A stretch of DNA of 64,000 nucleotides from Phoronis australis. Lineage: Eukaryota; Animalia; Phoronida. The notes under the pieces are model-generated. The model saw only the letters and a program-made list of their open reading frames with translations. It did not search any database and had not been told where the DNA came from. The stretch is taken from positions 274,613-338,612 of the forward strand of contig NMRA01000052.1 in assembly GCA_002633005.1 (NCBI GenBank). Reading direction: 5' to 3'. The position numbers were made by a program, and so were the translations under genes. Shown here in pieces: positions 26,901-41,900 of the stretch (position 1 is its first letter; each line of letters starts with the position of its first letter).

Positions 26901-29900
26901 GCATTCAAACTGCATTTATATCATATTCCACTCCTTAGGGTTAGATTTTTTTTGTTACCGAGGTTTCTTTTGATTTCTTGTAAATTGTATTCAAACCATG
27001 TTTATAGCATATCCCACTCCTGAGGGTTGGATTTTTTGTTACCGAGGTTTCTTTTGATTTCGTATAAATTGTATTCAAACTACGTTTATAGCATATCCCA
27101 CTGCTAAGGATACCAATTGCCATAACTGACTCGTTCGTCAGGTATGTGTTGGCAGGTGTATCATTACTTACCTTGTTTGGAATTCTCTTGAGTCCAGGTT
27201 TCACAAAATATTGTTTCATACATTTCATGAACGGTAAATCTCACCAATACAGAATACAGCATGGTGGTCAAATGAAATTTTGTTTTCTCTTCCTTACCTT
27301 GAAATATACATATAAGTCCAGATTGATGCTTTTCAGTTTTAAAATTCTGTACAATAGCTACTAATGATCAATGTCTTGAAAAGTTGCAGTCATTCACACA
27401 AATGTTTTAAGCCTTTGAAAAATGAGGAAAAAACTATTCTAGCGATTATTTTTTGTCCAAAGTTGACAAAATTTTGTCGCATTCCTATTGTAGCTCAAAA
27501 GTATACAGACCTTTGCTTTAGCGTATCAACAATCGTGAAATGTGTGTGTGTGATTAGTTAAATTTGTGAACCCTAACTCACAACCTCAAGTTTGTCCATA
27601 GTTTAAAAATCTCCTGACGAAGTCCGCTAAATCAACAAGAAATGCTCTAATGCTTTGGGTTATTTTCTTGATCGTTGTGGTAAGAAGACTGACAGCCTCA
27701 AAAGATTGACAGCCTGACCCACAGAACCACTTAGCGATTGCTTAACTAATTAACTAATACTCAGGAGAAATTCTAATTATGCAATAGTGGGTAACGAAAT
27801 CAGCTTTGAGCAAAATCAACAGAACCAGATCTAAAATCCCCTTCTAATTGGTTGTCACAAAATTGTTTCTGGTTTTAGTTATTCTGTATAATTCACTGCA
27901 ATGTCATCGGATAAGGCGTGATGACTCGGCCTTGTTCGTGGACAAATTAATAATTTCAGGCCACCGAAACACACTATGAATAATTCCAGAAACAACCATA
28001 AACAAAATGCAATTTTTCATGCGCTCAAAATTGTCATTCAGTAACTTCATGAGAGGATGGCTGGGAGGAAATGATAGCGAATTGCAACGAGTACAAAGCA
28101 ACAGCTCAATATCGACAGTGTTTTGGCAGCGAACATCGACAAATTTTTTGTACGGCCACAAGTCGTCATAGTTTGATGGCACCTTAAGGAGATTTGTTGT
28201 TAACGTTTCTCCCGGTAGTGAATTGATTGAACACCGTCAAGTATGCTAAGTTTTACTTTCTTCATGTCATTTCAGCTTCGTCCAATAGCGACGGGAAGAC
28301 CAAGAAAATCATGGAGCCAAATCTCTATCTGTTGGGCTATCTGTTTTTGGGACCCATCCTTCGGTATCTCTTCTACCTGCTTCTCTTCTTGAATTTGTAA
28401 GTTTTTCACCTGTTGTTAATTTTCTGTTAATTTGTGCTTTTAAAATTCCTCGTCAAGATGTCTGTAAACTCACGTACAGGTATCCTGCATTTTAAGAACC
28501 AGTTTTGTCCTCTGATTATCAGGCCTCAGACTCGCTGTATAAACCCAGACCCCTGTAAGTGACTCCAGTGGAATTTTTAGCACAAAATCATGTTTAGGTT
28601 TTTAATTTATTATTTTGGTTTCGCCACCCATATCAAGATGCTTCATCTTCAGTTTACCATTGTCTTGTTATTTGAAGCTAACAATGCTACGTATCTCTTT
28701 AGACACTAGATGTAATGTCTATTTCAGAGTAACATACGGCATTAGCTACGCCCTTGCAGGGAGTCAAGCTTATGGCGAGGTGATTAATACAAAGTAAGTT
28801 AACCTTGAAAAAGTTTGAAATACTCGTTTTTCCTGAATTCCAAATATTTCTCACGAAAGCGCAGAGGGTGTTTTTCTTGTGCTCATGTAGAAAGGTTTGT
28901 TTTGATCATGTGGCCTTGTTCCCATCAGGTTCTTTGTAGTCAGTAGACTCAGTGTTCAGTGGCCACATGCATAATCTAGATTTTCTCCAAGCAGCTCCCC
29001 CTTATATAAAGCCCCATGGACCTTTATTCGGGGCCACAATTAAAAGTTTCTACAGTTTCAGTTTATAGATTGCAATTTTTTGTGTGAAAATTTTCGGTGT
29101 TGAAAATTCATCACATGAATACAAAAAATGCAGAAATATTAGCTTTGCTTGGGTGAGCAAAAATTTTGCAGAAAATTGCCCGTAAAGAAGACTGAGGCCT
29201 AAACAGTTAATGTATGAGTATAGTCCTCATTTTTATTGTGCCAGCTTAATTGCTTCACCACAAAGTATTGTCTGATTTAGATCAACTCTTCATTCACAGT
29301 TTGCCGTAAGGTAATGTTCAGCTCGCACTCGAGAACTGTTTTTAGTATGTTTCTATGACCTTCTGTTACGTTACTACAGAATGCATTTGAAGAGATTTGC
29401 TGTGGATTTGTTGTGAATGTACGATAAAATCTCGCCAGTGTCAGATAAATCCGATTTCTAAAATTGTTCTTTTGTTCACAATGTTGTGAATTCTCACAAT
29501 TTTTCGAATATCTTCGTTGTCATGGTATGGGCGTCTGCTTCACTAAACTGTTGTGACATTTTCTAATCTAACACAACCTTAATGCTGGCTTTCAACCATT
29601 TGCGAGTTTTGGTGTAAGTTTCCACGTAGACTTGGCGTGAAAAACACTGTGAAGTTGCCACGTTTTAGGAAGCAGTCCCTAGTGGACACTCAGCTAAGTT
29701 CCTTTAATCTATTGCATATTTGTAGGACTTGTGAAAACAGTGATTGTCCTTTCTTAATATGCTGTTTTTGTTTCATTACTAAGTCAGTTTTTGGCTATGA
29801 TTCAAATCAAAAGTGAACTCTATATTCAATTTTTATAAAATTATTGAAAATAAGCAAGAATCTTTTCATGCGACAACCCTACTTATTTTCATCGAAGTAA

Positions 29901-32900
29901 AGGTTCAGATTTATATTATGTAATATTTTAATTATTAGAAATGTTATTAGTCAAAGAGGGGCTCATAATCGAGATGAAATGATGGGAAAAGATTACATCT
30001 GTGAGAAAAGAATGACACAAATATGCAAAAAATATTTAGGAAACTTAGTTGAGTCCCTACACGGGACTGTTTCATACAAGTGGGCACAGGCCTCAAAATG
30101 TGAACGTGCCAAAACATTATTTTGGTGCTACGCGTCTCTGATGATAAAAAATGGGAACACGTGTCCTTCATGTTATGTCCTAAATTGGTGAGATTTTGCC
30201 ATACATCGAGAATGGAGTTTTTCTTATTACGTTGACTTCCTTTTTTGCTTAGCTAAGTTTTGTTAAATGCATGGCCATTGATTTTTTTATGGCTGTACGA
30301 AATTTGACGTTAGCAACCCAAAGTGGACATTTGTGGGGAATACTTCCATTGGCCACCTGGTGACAGGCCATGTATCTGTTTGGTCTGCTGTAATGTGGCC
30401 ATTTCCCAGGATCCATTCCACATGCGACGACTTCCTCTGTTTGTAGATAGTTTAACTTAAGACTCTAGAAGCTTCTCTGTACGCACTATCACGAAATGAA
30501 AAAGAAGTAGTTTTTAAGAAACACTCTATTGACTTAAGTTTTGTTTTAGACTGCAGACTAAGATGACTTACGGTAAAATTTTCTAGTTAGAAACAATGTC
30601 TAAAATTTGGTTCACCGATATTGAAGCAGAAACCGAGTTTTCATTCTTCTGAAAATTGGGACATGGACGATTTTAACGTTCCGCATATTTGTCAAATATT
30701 GGTCACTGCGTTTTGTATCAGCAGAGTCTGAAAATGGTTTAGGCAGTTCATAAAATTATCAAAAAAGAAGTTGTAGGCGTACCCATAGTGTGTAACATTG
30801 AGGTGAAGGATCGTTTGTCGTTGATCGTAACTCTTGAATTTGGTATGACCGATATTGTCTAATTCTAAAATTAGTCCGAGTTCTTACCTTGGGCAAAATA
30901 ATTTTCACGTCCCAAGCTGGACAATTTTTATGCGCCCACATATTTATATGTGGACGCATTATGCCGTCATCTCCGTCCGTCCGTCCGTCCGGCGTCCGCT
31001 GCTCTATCTCCAAAACCCTTTGACATACGTTCATGAAATTTGGCACATGTGTTCCATTCATGAATGGGACAGCATGTGCGAACTTTCGGATGGATCCAAG
31101 TACCGGTGTGCCCCCTAGTGGCAATTTTAGTTTTTTACGCTTACCTTTGTATCTTCAAAAGTCCTGAATGGATTTTCATGATATTTGGTGTGTAGGCACC
31201 TATTAGTGAGATGACGCTATCCTCCCGTTTTCGGATGGATTCAACATAGTTTGCGCCACCTAGTGGCCATTTTTAGTGTTTTCAAGTCTGTTTTTGTGCG
31301 TCCACCCCTCTATCAACCAAACCGCTCAAATGATGATTGTGAAAATTGGCATGTATATGCTTACTATGTAGAGGACTGTTGACGATGATTTTCCGACGAT
31401 TTCGACTACTGTGGCGCCTCCTAGTTGCAGTTTTGTTTTTTTTGCGCCTATGGCTGTATCTCCTAAACCGTTCGCAGGATCTTTACGAAATTGTGTAAGT
31501 NNNNNNNNNNNNNNNNNNNTGTATGAGTATAGTCCTCATTTTTATTGTGTCAGTTTAATTGCTTCACCACAAAGTATTGTCTGATTTAGATCAACTCTTC
31601 ATTCACAGTTTGCCGTAAGGTAATGTTCAGCTCGCACTCGAGAACTGTTTTTAGTATGTTTCTATGACCTTCTGTTACGTTACTACAGAATGCATTTGAA
31701 GAGATTTGCTGTGGATTTGTTGTGAATGTACGATAAAGTCTCGCCAGTTTCAGACAAACGCGATTTCTAAAATTGTTCTTTTGTTCACAATGTTGTGAAT
31801 TCTCACAATTTTTCGAATATCGTCGTTGTTATGGTATGGGCGTCTGCTTCACTAAACTGTTGTGACATTTTCTAATCTAACAACCTAAATGCTGGCTTAC
31901 AACCAGTTGCGAGTTTTGGCGTAGGTTTCCGTGTAGACTAGGCGTGAAAAACATTGTGAAGTTGCCACGTTTTAGGAAGCAGTCCCAAGTGGACACTCAG
32001 CTATTGCATATCTGTAGGACTTGTGAAAACAGTGATTGTCCTTAATATGCTGTTTTTGTTTCATTACTAAGTCAGTTTTTGGCTGTGATTCAAATCAAGA
32101 GTGAACTCTACATTCAATTTTTATAAAATTATTGAAAATAAGCAAGAATTTTTTTCATGCGACAACCCTACTTATTTTCATCGAAGTAAAGGTTCGGTTT
32201 TATGTTATATAATATAGTCAAAGAGGGGCTCATAATCATGATGAAATGATGGGAAAAGATTACCTCTGTGCAAAAAAAATGACACAAGTATGCAAAAAAT
32301 ATTTAGGAAACTTAGTTGAGTCCCTACACGGGACTGTTTCATACAAGTGGGCACAGGCCTCAAAATGTGAACGTGGCAAAACATTATTTTGGTGCTACGC
32401 GTCTCTGATGATAAAAAAATGGAAATAAGATTCCACATGTCCTTCATGTTATGTCCTAAATTGGTGAGATTTTGCCATAGATCGAGAATGGAGTTTTTTC
32501 TTATTACGTTGACTTCCTTTTTTGCTTAGCTAAGTTTTGTTAAATGCATGGCCATTTGATTTTTTATGGCTGTACGAAATTTGACGTTAGCAACCCAAAG
32601 TGGACATTTGTGGGGAATACTTCCATCGGCCACCTGGTGACAGGCCATGTATCTGTTTGGTCTGCTGTAAAGTGGCCATTTCCCAGAATCCATTCCACAT
32701 GCGACGACTTCCTCTGTTTGTAGATAGTTTAACTTAAGACTCTAGAAGCTTCTCTGTACGCAGTGTCACGAAATGAAAAAGAAGTAGTTTTTAAGAAACA
32801 CTCTATTGAATTAAGTTTTGTTTTAGACTGCGGACTAAGATGACTTACGGTAAAATTTTTTGGTTAGAAACAATGTCTAAAGTTTGGTTCACCGATATTC

Positions 32901-35900
32901 AAGCAGAAACCGAGTTTTCATTCTTCTGAAAATTGGGACATGGACGATTTTGACATTCAACATATTTGTCAAATATTGGTCACTGCATTTTGTATCAGCA
33001 GAGTCTGAAAATGGTTTAGGCAGTTCATAAAATTATCAAAAAATAAGTTGTAGGCGTACCCATAGTGTGTAACATTGAGGTGAAGGATCGTTTGTCGTTG
33101 AATTTGGTATGACCGATATTGCCCAACTTTAGAATTCGTCCGAGTTGTTAACTTTGGCAAAATAATTTTTCACGTCCCAAGCTGGACAATTTTTTCTTTT
33201 TATATACATTTATTGGCAATGAGAAAAACATTACAATACCACAAAAAGACAAAGAACACCACAGACACGCACACACACACGCACACGCACATACACGCAT
33301 ACCCCACAACTAATCCTCTTGACTGCTGAGAAAAACCATTTCAAAGTTACACCATCTTTTTTGTATCAATTCTAAATTCAAATCCTTACAAGCATTATAC
33401 TTTTCACTCATATAATATTCTTTGATGAAGTTAAAAAATCCACTTAGAGGTAATCTTTTTGATCCGAACTTATGTGTATAAATAAACTGTTTACCCAATA
33501 ATAAAACAATGTTTTTAAAATTTTCTTTTTTATCAAAAAATCCAAAAATAACGTTGTTGCAGGAGAGAGTGCCGACACTCTGGGGATTTGCTTTGTTTAG
33601 AATTTTGTTGTTAATTTTTACTGAGATTGACAATTTTTTATGACCATTTTTTCACAAAAGTTTTGGATTAAGGTACTTCAAGTTAGTTATGCGGCATTTT
33701 CATGACTTGTCTTTGCAGTATGCTCTATGTCTTACCTGTGTTTGTATGGGTCCTGTCTCTGCTCATCGTGTTCGCATTTTTCCTCGTTCAACCGATCGTC
33801 TCAGTCTTGACCTTTGCCAAGGGAGCACTTCTGCTTGGAACGGTAAGTATTGTCATATTATTTGAATCAGCATAAAACTGAAATCACACTGTATTCAACC
33901 ATTTTAGGATCGTAAAATTCCAGAATTAAAACGGACACTGTATTTGTAGTAATTTTTTTTTTTTTTTTGCTCGTATTCGATAATTATTGTTACGAAAATT
34001 GTCGTCTTTGTGTTTTCATAGGTAGTTGCAAACAGTTTGTTAAAATTTTGCTAAATGTTAGTTAGTTTTAAGTGGCAGCTTTTAAATTACTAGCCTTGCC
34101 TACATTACAAAATATGACCGAATAGTAGTTCATTTATTTATCTGTTTTTTGTTGAGAAATTTGACTAGGATTCTTTTTGACTACCATATCGTGTGTTAAG
34201 TAGGTGAAGAATTCCCATAATCCTCTCTGATATTTGAGCGTGTTCTCTAGCGTTTCTAAGTCTTGACTTCAAACAACGCTGAAAGTCCATCGGTATTTCA
34301 AATCAACTGTTTTCAACAGATTCCGTCGAATGGAATTCAGAAGAAATTCCCAGTGTGGGAGCAAACTACTTGTTGAGTGTGATAATACTAACAAAATCAT
34401 ATTCAAGTTGATATTTACAGAACCTGATTATATTTGATTGGTTCCTTTTACTTCCCTAAAACAATGACCAATCAATCGCCTGCTATGCTCTGCTCGCAGA
34501 TTTTGACCTGAAGACGTAGTGAACTGAATCCCAGTCAATGAGCCAAGTGAATGTATATCGTTTATGAGTTCATCCTATGTGTAAACTTCAAATGGTGGAA
34601 TAAAAATAAATCAGAAAAACATCAAATTTTTTAGTGTTAGTACATTTGAAGCACTTGACTTCTAAGCAGCTATATTTACCATTTCATTTCTGATCATAAA
34701 TTTGTTCATGCATTCTTGATGTGGACACTTGTGGGTTGATATTTGGTGCATAACGCGAGTGTGACATAACTCTAAATCCTATAATTTCAACATCAGATTT
34801 GCAAACCTGTTTGACATTCAAGGTTGGTTTACTCACCAAGACCGCTTGGTCATCTTGGGATTTGTTCAATCTGGTCCTACTATGTCGTGAGATCAATGCA
34901 AATCTTCCATGTCGCCCTCCCCCATTCAAATTTTATTGCATTTTTGGGGGTTATTAAGATCATTGCCACAAGGCGAGTTGTACCCAAGCCAAGTCAATCC
35001 ATTGTGTTGCCCAGGCATGTTATACATTAGAAGCTGGGATATATCAACACAGGAACAGCAATTTGTAGTTAACCAATTTTTGTGGTCAAACATTGAAAAA
35101 GGTAATGTATTTTCAATGACAAATTAGGCAGAAAAGTTTAATTTTACACGTTCAAGCTTCTCATTGAACATGAGCTAAAGAAAATTCTATTTCTGTATTT
35201 ACCGTAACATGATATGTACCCTGCAGTTGACTTAAAACTACATGTTGTACATTAATTGGATTCACAAAGTCACGCTTGAAAAAGCTAAGACTAAAAGGGT
35301 GTTTCCAATTGGCAATTATCTAGCATGTGAAAAGTAACGGAAGAAACAATCTTACATTTTGTTGTTCTATTTATCCAATTATTCCTGTAGAGAAAAGTTT
35401 TTTGTGGGTGTGTACTACTTAATGCTGTTCTTTTTTGTGATTTTATTTGACACAAGACAAGGATTTTACTTTTTACATATTGTGAAAATTGCCAAAATAT
35501 ACTTTGAGAGGTTTCTCCATCATCGCAAATCCGATTTGATTGTTGCAGTCCTGTTCACATTTTCTTGCCACTCAGCTTAGCTTGCTCAATGTGAACCACA
35601 ATGTCAAGAGCTAAACACCCAGCATAGATATGATCAGGGAGTTTTCCTGATATGATGGATGTCATTTAGTTTACATGTCTGCATGTGCTGTGTTTATTTT
35701 TTGCAAGGGTCGCAGTATCTTGAATAAGTGATTAATATATGGTCACTGATAGAGGTATGTGTTGGCTACAGAATTCAATGTTGAAATGTTTGCAACGATA
35801 CTAGTACCGGTAATTAAAACTAGAGGCATTTAAAGTGGCTCCTAGATATCAGGGACACGGTTAAGCTCAGCAATATTTTGAAAGATGGTGTGTGCGAGAG

Positions 35901-38900
35901 TTTAGGCCTATGAGCAGATGAGGCTAATGCTCAATGAGATTCAATCCATGTCTGCGAGTCAAACCAAACATTGCTTGAATACGTACAGCATTTGTCTTAT
36001 TGGTCGGCATTGTGGGAGTTGACAAGAACATTAGGATATAAAATTTCAAACTATGTTTACATAGAAATTTTCCAGTTTGCAGCTGTGGAAATTTCTATGT
36101 TCAAGGTCGGAACTTGTTCCAAATTTTAGAAGTAGACAATTTTGTCCTCCCAAATTCAAGAATTAGGAGCAAGACGAATTTTGCTTCAGCAACTGTTTCG
36201 ACGATTTTATTTCAGACTGATAAACTTACCTATGTCTTGGTCTTCAGAATCAAGAAATTTCAATTTTGGCTTGAAATTCAGCGCCCCAAATTTCAGAGAT
36301 TGTCTCAAACTGGAGAATCCATACCATGAAATGGGTATGTAGTGTATGCCTTTAAAATGAGAATATCAAATTTCAGGTGTCACGGGTCAGGTTCCGTTTA
36401 CAACCCCACCCTCCACCCGTACTGTATGCCACAGATTTCACACCAGCTTACGTTATCCTGTTGTATTTATGTAATGTGAAATGTGTTTCTTGATTGTTTG
36501 TTATTGTCACTGTGATATCATGAAGGGTAAGCAAAGCAATTGTCCAAACTAGCACTCGTCTCGTTGTCAACCTCGAACCGTTCCTTTTTTCATCATTGTA
36601 CATTTTCTAAATGATATATGTCTACTTATAGGTAATTGTCACATTCATAGTTGGTACTACCGTCCATCAAGACATTGACAACAACTTCTCCTATATAGGG
36701 GCCCCTTTCCTTATGGGAACTGTGGCCCTAGGGGGCGTTGTGAGCACCATGCCCATGATTTACGGGAAGATTAAACCCATCCAGCACCAAGTTCGCAACT
36801 ATAGAACAGCCGTGGTTTTGGCGGTAACAACCTGTACTGTACTTAACATTCTGTGGTAAGTTTATTTTTTCAATCGTTTGATTGGTTATTTTGCTGAAAC
36901 TCATGTATGCATTTTTAATTCTAGGTTGTTCTCAGTACTTTTGTCAATTTCTTAATGCTCATTTCTGAACTATACTTCTCGAGCATGGGTAGTACAAACC
37001 CAGGCTTACGCTTTGCTTTGTTCATTATCTGAGTGCCATAATACTTCTGTTCACTTCTTATAAAACTTGTATTATAATTTCTTGTTATCTTGTGTTTTTA
37101 AACTGCAATGCTATGCAAACTAGTTGTGAGCAAGCGCTTAACATTACGAAATTGGTTTCAAATTGTTCCTCAGTTAAATTGCAAGTGATTTCAGGGCTTG
37201 GGGAAGGACATTATTGGGGAAGGACATTGTTGGGGAAGGACATTATTGGGGAAGGACATTATTGGGGAAGGACATTATTGGGGAAGGACATTATGGCTAG
37301 AGATCAGGCTCGACACGTCTGCTTGTCACAGCAACGAGCAGTGTCTCAAGGAACAACAAACATTTGTTCCTAAATTTGTTCTCATCAAGTTGAGACCAAT
37401 TTTACAGCAGTAAGCGGGGTTTGGTATTGCTAATAACAAACATTTGACGTATGGTACGGGAGCATATATGTGACTTTTTCATATTCCAACTGAATTTCAA
37501 ATTCTTGTGGCCCAAGTTGACAAGTACGAAATGCATTTTGTTTTATTTGCTGACATTTTGAGACATTTGGCGTTTTTGTGTGAATCGTTTGAATAACCAA
37601 CTGCACAGCAGAAAAAATGAGTGGTAATTTGACGGCAAATAATTGATGATAAAACCAATTTGAAAATGCCAGTCCATTAAATCCCCATCCATGACACAGC
37701 TGAACGTCGTCTACCAACTTCAACTCCATTGCCATCTGAGAATTGTATATTATATTGTCACTGCTACATTAGAAAATGTCGATTCACTTGTCTTTTAGGT
37801 GCTGGGCAGTGTTAGATATTGTACCTCAGAAGCCAATCACGTGTAGCCAAGAGATGGCAGCAGGGTCCAACCTCCTTCATGGTGTACAGAAAGATAACAA
37901 TACCATGTTTTGTACAATGAATGTGTCATTGTCAGGGTTTGTATAAATTTTACACTTTTATGTACCCTCAAAAACTTGCGGCCACATATCATCAGCACCA
38001 TGTCGGTCTGTGCATTATTACCTTTGCTTTTGCATCAGTTATCTCAAAAATTGCTCAGCGGATCAAGACGAAAATTGACAAAGAATTGGCTGGCGAGAAT
38101 GTACTAGCATGTTTTCTACAAGGTGTTCCTTTTGGCAAAACAACCAATTTTGTCAAAACTTGACAGAGGTGTGGAGGGAATGGACCACCACCATTCAATT
38201 TTCAGACAGATTTGACTATCGTGGCACCTCCTGTTGGCAGTTTTTAGTTTATTAAAAGAATTCTCTTGTCAGTGAGTTTTTGTCGAAACAAATGGTCAAA
38301 TTTTGCCGATTCTTGATGCGGAGGTATATGGTGTAAATGTGACAGCATCAGTCGATTTTTGGAATGGTTTTGAGCTCCCGTGTTGGCCACTTTAGTTTTC
38401 GATAAAAAATTCCTTATTCATCAGTTTTTGGCAAAAAGACTGGAAAATTTTTGGCAAAAACTTGACATGGTGGTGTGTGGTGAAAATGTGTCAGTACTGA
38501 TCGCTTTTCGGGTGGAGTCAACTACTGTAGCATCCTCTTGTCGGCTATCTTATTTTTTGGCTAGATTTTCCTTGTTTCTACTGTCAGTTATGGGCTTTAT
38601 GGTTTGTCATATTTTAACAAGACATGACTCTAGGGTTAATGCACTGACGCCAGTTGAGTTTTCAATGGATTTGATTGCCCGAAGTGTGAGATGCATTAGG
38701 GCCAAATTGTCGAGTCTAGTTTCAATAACAGAGATTAAACCCTAGGCCTCGTATACTGTGCCGACATATATTGCCCTTAAACCTCTATTGTATGTGCTTT
38801 TTTTAAGTTTTGATTTGAAGAAATATTGCAAATTTACTATAAGAACAACTTAGTCTTTAAACGCTGTGATAAGGTGTAGCAGATTTGTACCATAATCTAC

Positions 38901-41900
38901 GTACATGTCACCATGACTACAGGTCTGTCGCCAATGGTGAGATCTCCACTGTGCCTCTATCTCGTGTCATCAAGGAACGTTACCCAAAATACAGCTGGGT
39001 CGCCTGGGCCGTGGAGGTGTTCATAATGGTTAGCATTACAGTATCATACCTGGTGATGGGTGCAACGCTACACCACACTTGTAAGTAATGGTAACAATGT
39101 TTGTAATTACTAGTAATAATTCTAGTTATCAAATATTTAAATGAGTATTGTTAAAGTGATAACGATAATTATGATTATAGTTATGGCTCTGGGTAATGGG
39201 TTAGATGACTTATTTCAGCATCCATGAATCTGTTGTACTTTCACATTGGTCCATCCCTGTTATACACAGACCTACCTCCTACCTCCACGTGCACTGCGGA
39301 ATACGCAGTTGTAAAATACGTTTTGTATAAGCCTGAATACGAAATCCAGTGGGAAGGTACATTACCGTAAAATCTCACTTTTTTAGGCCACAAGATGGCA
39401 GATAAGTAAAATTTTATTTTAACGCTTCTTTCATAAAAGATAATTAGCATCGAGTAAATACTTACCATTTTTAAGTTTTGAGAATTTTTTAAAATTTTCA
39501 TCCATCGAAAAAAAGATTGATTTCGGTTATCTTTTTTGTTCGATTGTTGTTATTTTACCATTTGATTAAGGCTGGTCACACATTTACCAATGTTTCATTG
39601 TTTTTCTTCTTATTGCTAAGTGTGTTTTGGTTTGTCCTTATGCTTATAATTGTATAATTCAACGATCTTAAGTTTGATCATTCATGATCGCTTAGTTTCT
39701 CCTTATTTTAAAATTTGTTATTGCCATGGTTATTTCAGTAGGAGGTTGGGTGGATAATTTGATGGATGATGAAGAAAAGGCACTACCAACATCCAGGAAA
39801 TTGGGTAGATGTATAGAATGGTGCTATTCTATTGTCATGCGATATAGAAAAAGGTTGGTAACTGTGTTCTGTACATTCACATTAAAATACTTATCATTTA
39901 GTATAATTATGTGTCCACTGATTGGCTAAAACGCTTTGTGAGGTGATGCCACTTTTTATTCCTGCCAATTGGATGTTAGATGTCACTGTTTGTTATCTGA
40001 CCAATTACAGGCAGCTGAGACCGTAAACCCTTGAAGGTAAAAATAAAACGAGCTGTAATATCAATCCAGGTGAGGTCATACCAATGTAACAAGAGACATA
40101 AAACGTCAGAGGAAAGAGGCGCCAGTGGTCATGTAATGAAACAAATACAGACTGATCCCTTGTGGGTATCTGGTCATATGGACCTATGGAAGGCAATGTT
40201 CGACCCTAGAGCAACATTGCTCTTTCTCTGTCCATTCGACTTGATACTATCCTTGGGTGTCAGTACGTATATGTATATTATGACTTTTCTAAGGCTTTTC
40301 TGTATTATCTGGTAACTACCTGGTAATCTATGCATATTATAATATGGCAAAGGAATGAACACTCGAATTGATCCCAATGTAAAACAGTGTAGTCAAATGT
40401 TACACACAAACTACGTAACGTCTAAGCAAAAACGCAACCACAACATGATATTGTAAAGCAAACATATTTTTTTAAATCATTGAAGAATATAAATCGGTAT
40501 TTACCGATTTATATTCTTCATTTCATGAAACAATAGTATCCTTTGGAGGATCTGGATCGCCTTATTTAGTTTCAGATATATTTTCTACGTTTTAAATCAT
40601 TGAAAGGATTGTATATTTTAGAATGGCTTTCAGTTTTGAATTTTTAGTTATTGCATCATTCACTGTCTGGTCTAGCTGCATCAACCTCGATATTGGTTTT
40701 TGCACAAGATTTCCCTTGGCAATTTCTCCGAACTTCGTCAGAGGAGTGAGCAATGCTGTTAAGCAGTACGCACATAGGAAAGTCCATAACGAATATTGAC
40801 CAAACATGTATAATTCTGCAACCTCCCTACCTCAAAGCTGTATCAGGAAGTTAGCAAACTGTTGTTTCATATTTCAAAAAGACCCTTTTGCTTAAAGAAC
40901 CATGTCCATAACTTTAAAGATCACTAGTTTCTTTCTATTAGTGATCACATATCTCCAACTCTGGAAAATGTCAATCACAAAGACTTTGATTTTCAGTGTC
41001 TGAAATCGATGAACACACAGCTTAAATTGCCGTTAAAGCTTTTGGCATGATGTCTTTGCAGACAGTATTCATTTGTTACATGAATATAAGCCTACCATAT
41101 TAATAAGTTATTGTTCATTCAAATTTATGTTTTCAGACTCGCCACCACGCTCATCTCTTTGGCGACATTCGCTGTCATTTATGGCGTAGCAGGCTTAAAC
41201 CCTAAGGTATGTTTCTATCTTTTGTTAATAAATTTAGTAAAATGATGTTATGAGAATGTTAGTGAGTAATGAACCGTAACTTTTAATTTCATCAATTTAG
41301 CTTACAAGAAAATCAATTAATCGCATAGTAGTGGTTGTATATTAGATAGATACGTTGAGTGTTGCAAAACATCTAATACAACCTTGACCTGAAGAAACGA
41401 TGTCGGAGGACATTTCCATGACCTATTTAGAAGCTGTGACTGAAGCTTTTGATTAAAACTTCATCGCACTATGAAAAAGAAGTGCCCTAATTGATACTGC
41501 TGATCAATCCTTGTCATTTTGCACCATGTCATTTCACGCCGTGTCAAAGTTGTCATGTAAATAGCATGTGGAGTCCGTGCCGTGTCAAAGCTGTCATGTA
41601 AATTGTATTTAAAGTTAAGGCAACCTTATCGATGAAAAATACAAACTTTAGAAGTTAAAGTATCTCTGGTAGTTGAATCATGCTGTCATCAATTTACCGC
41701 GCAGTAAGAAGTGTCATCGACTCAGTTTTGTGTGTGACTGATGTTGCTTAAACTTTGAGGAACCATAATCTGGATTTCGAATATGTGAAGTTCAAATATC
41801 TTAGACAATTGACCTATTGCAAGCTCCGCCTCCTTGCGAAATGTCTACAAACAAACAATAAGTTTTACCCGGCAACGTGTTATTTGTCAGGTAAAATGGC

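Noticed and set aside
37092-37413. Repetitive ORFs (GEGHYWGRTLLGKDII)
   Set aside because: Translations of the 16-bp minisatellite inside an intron.
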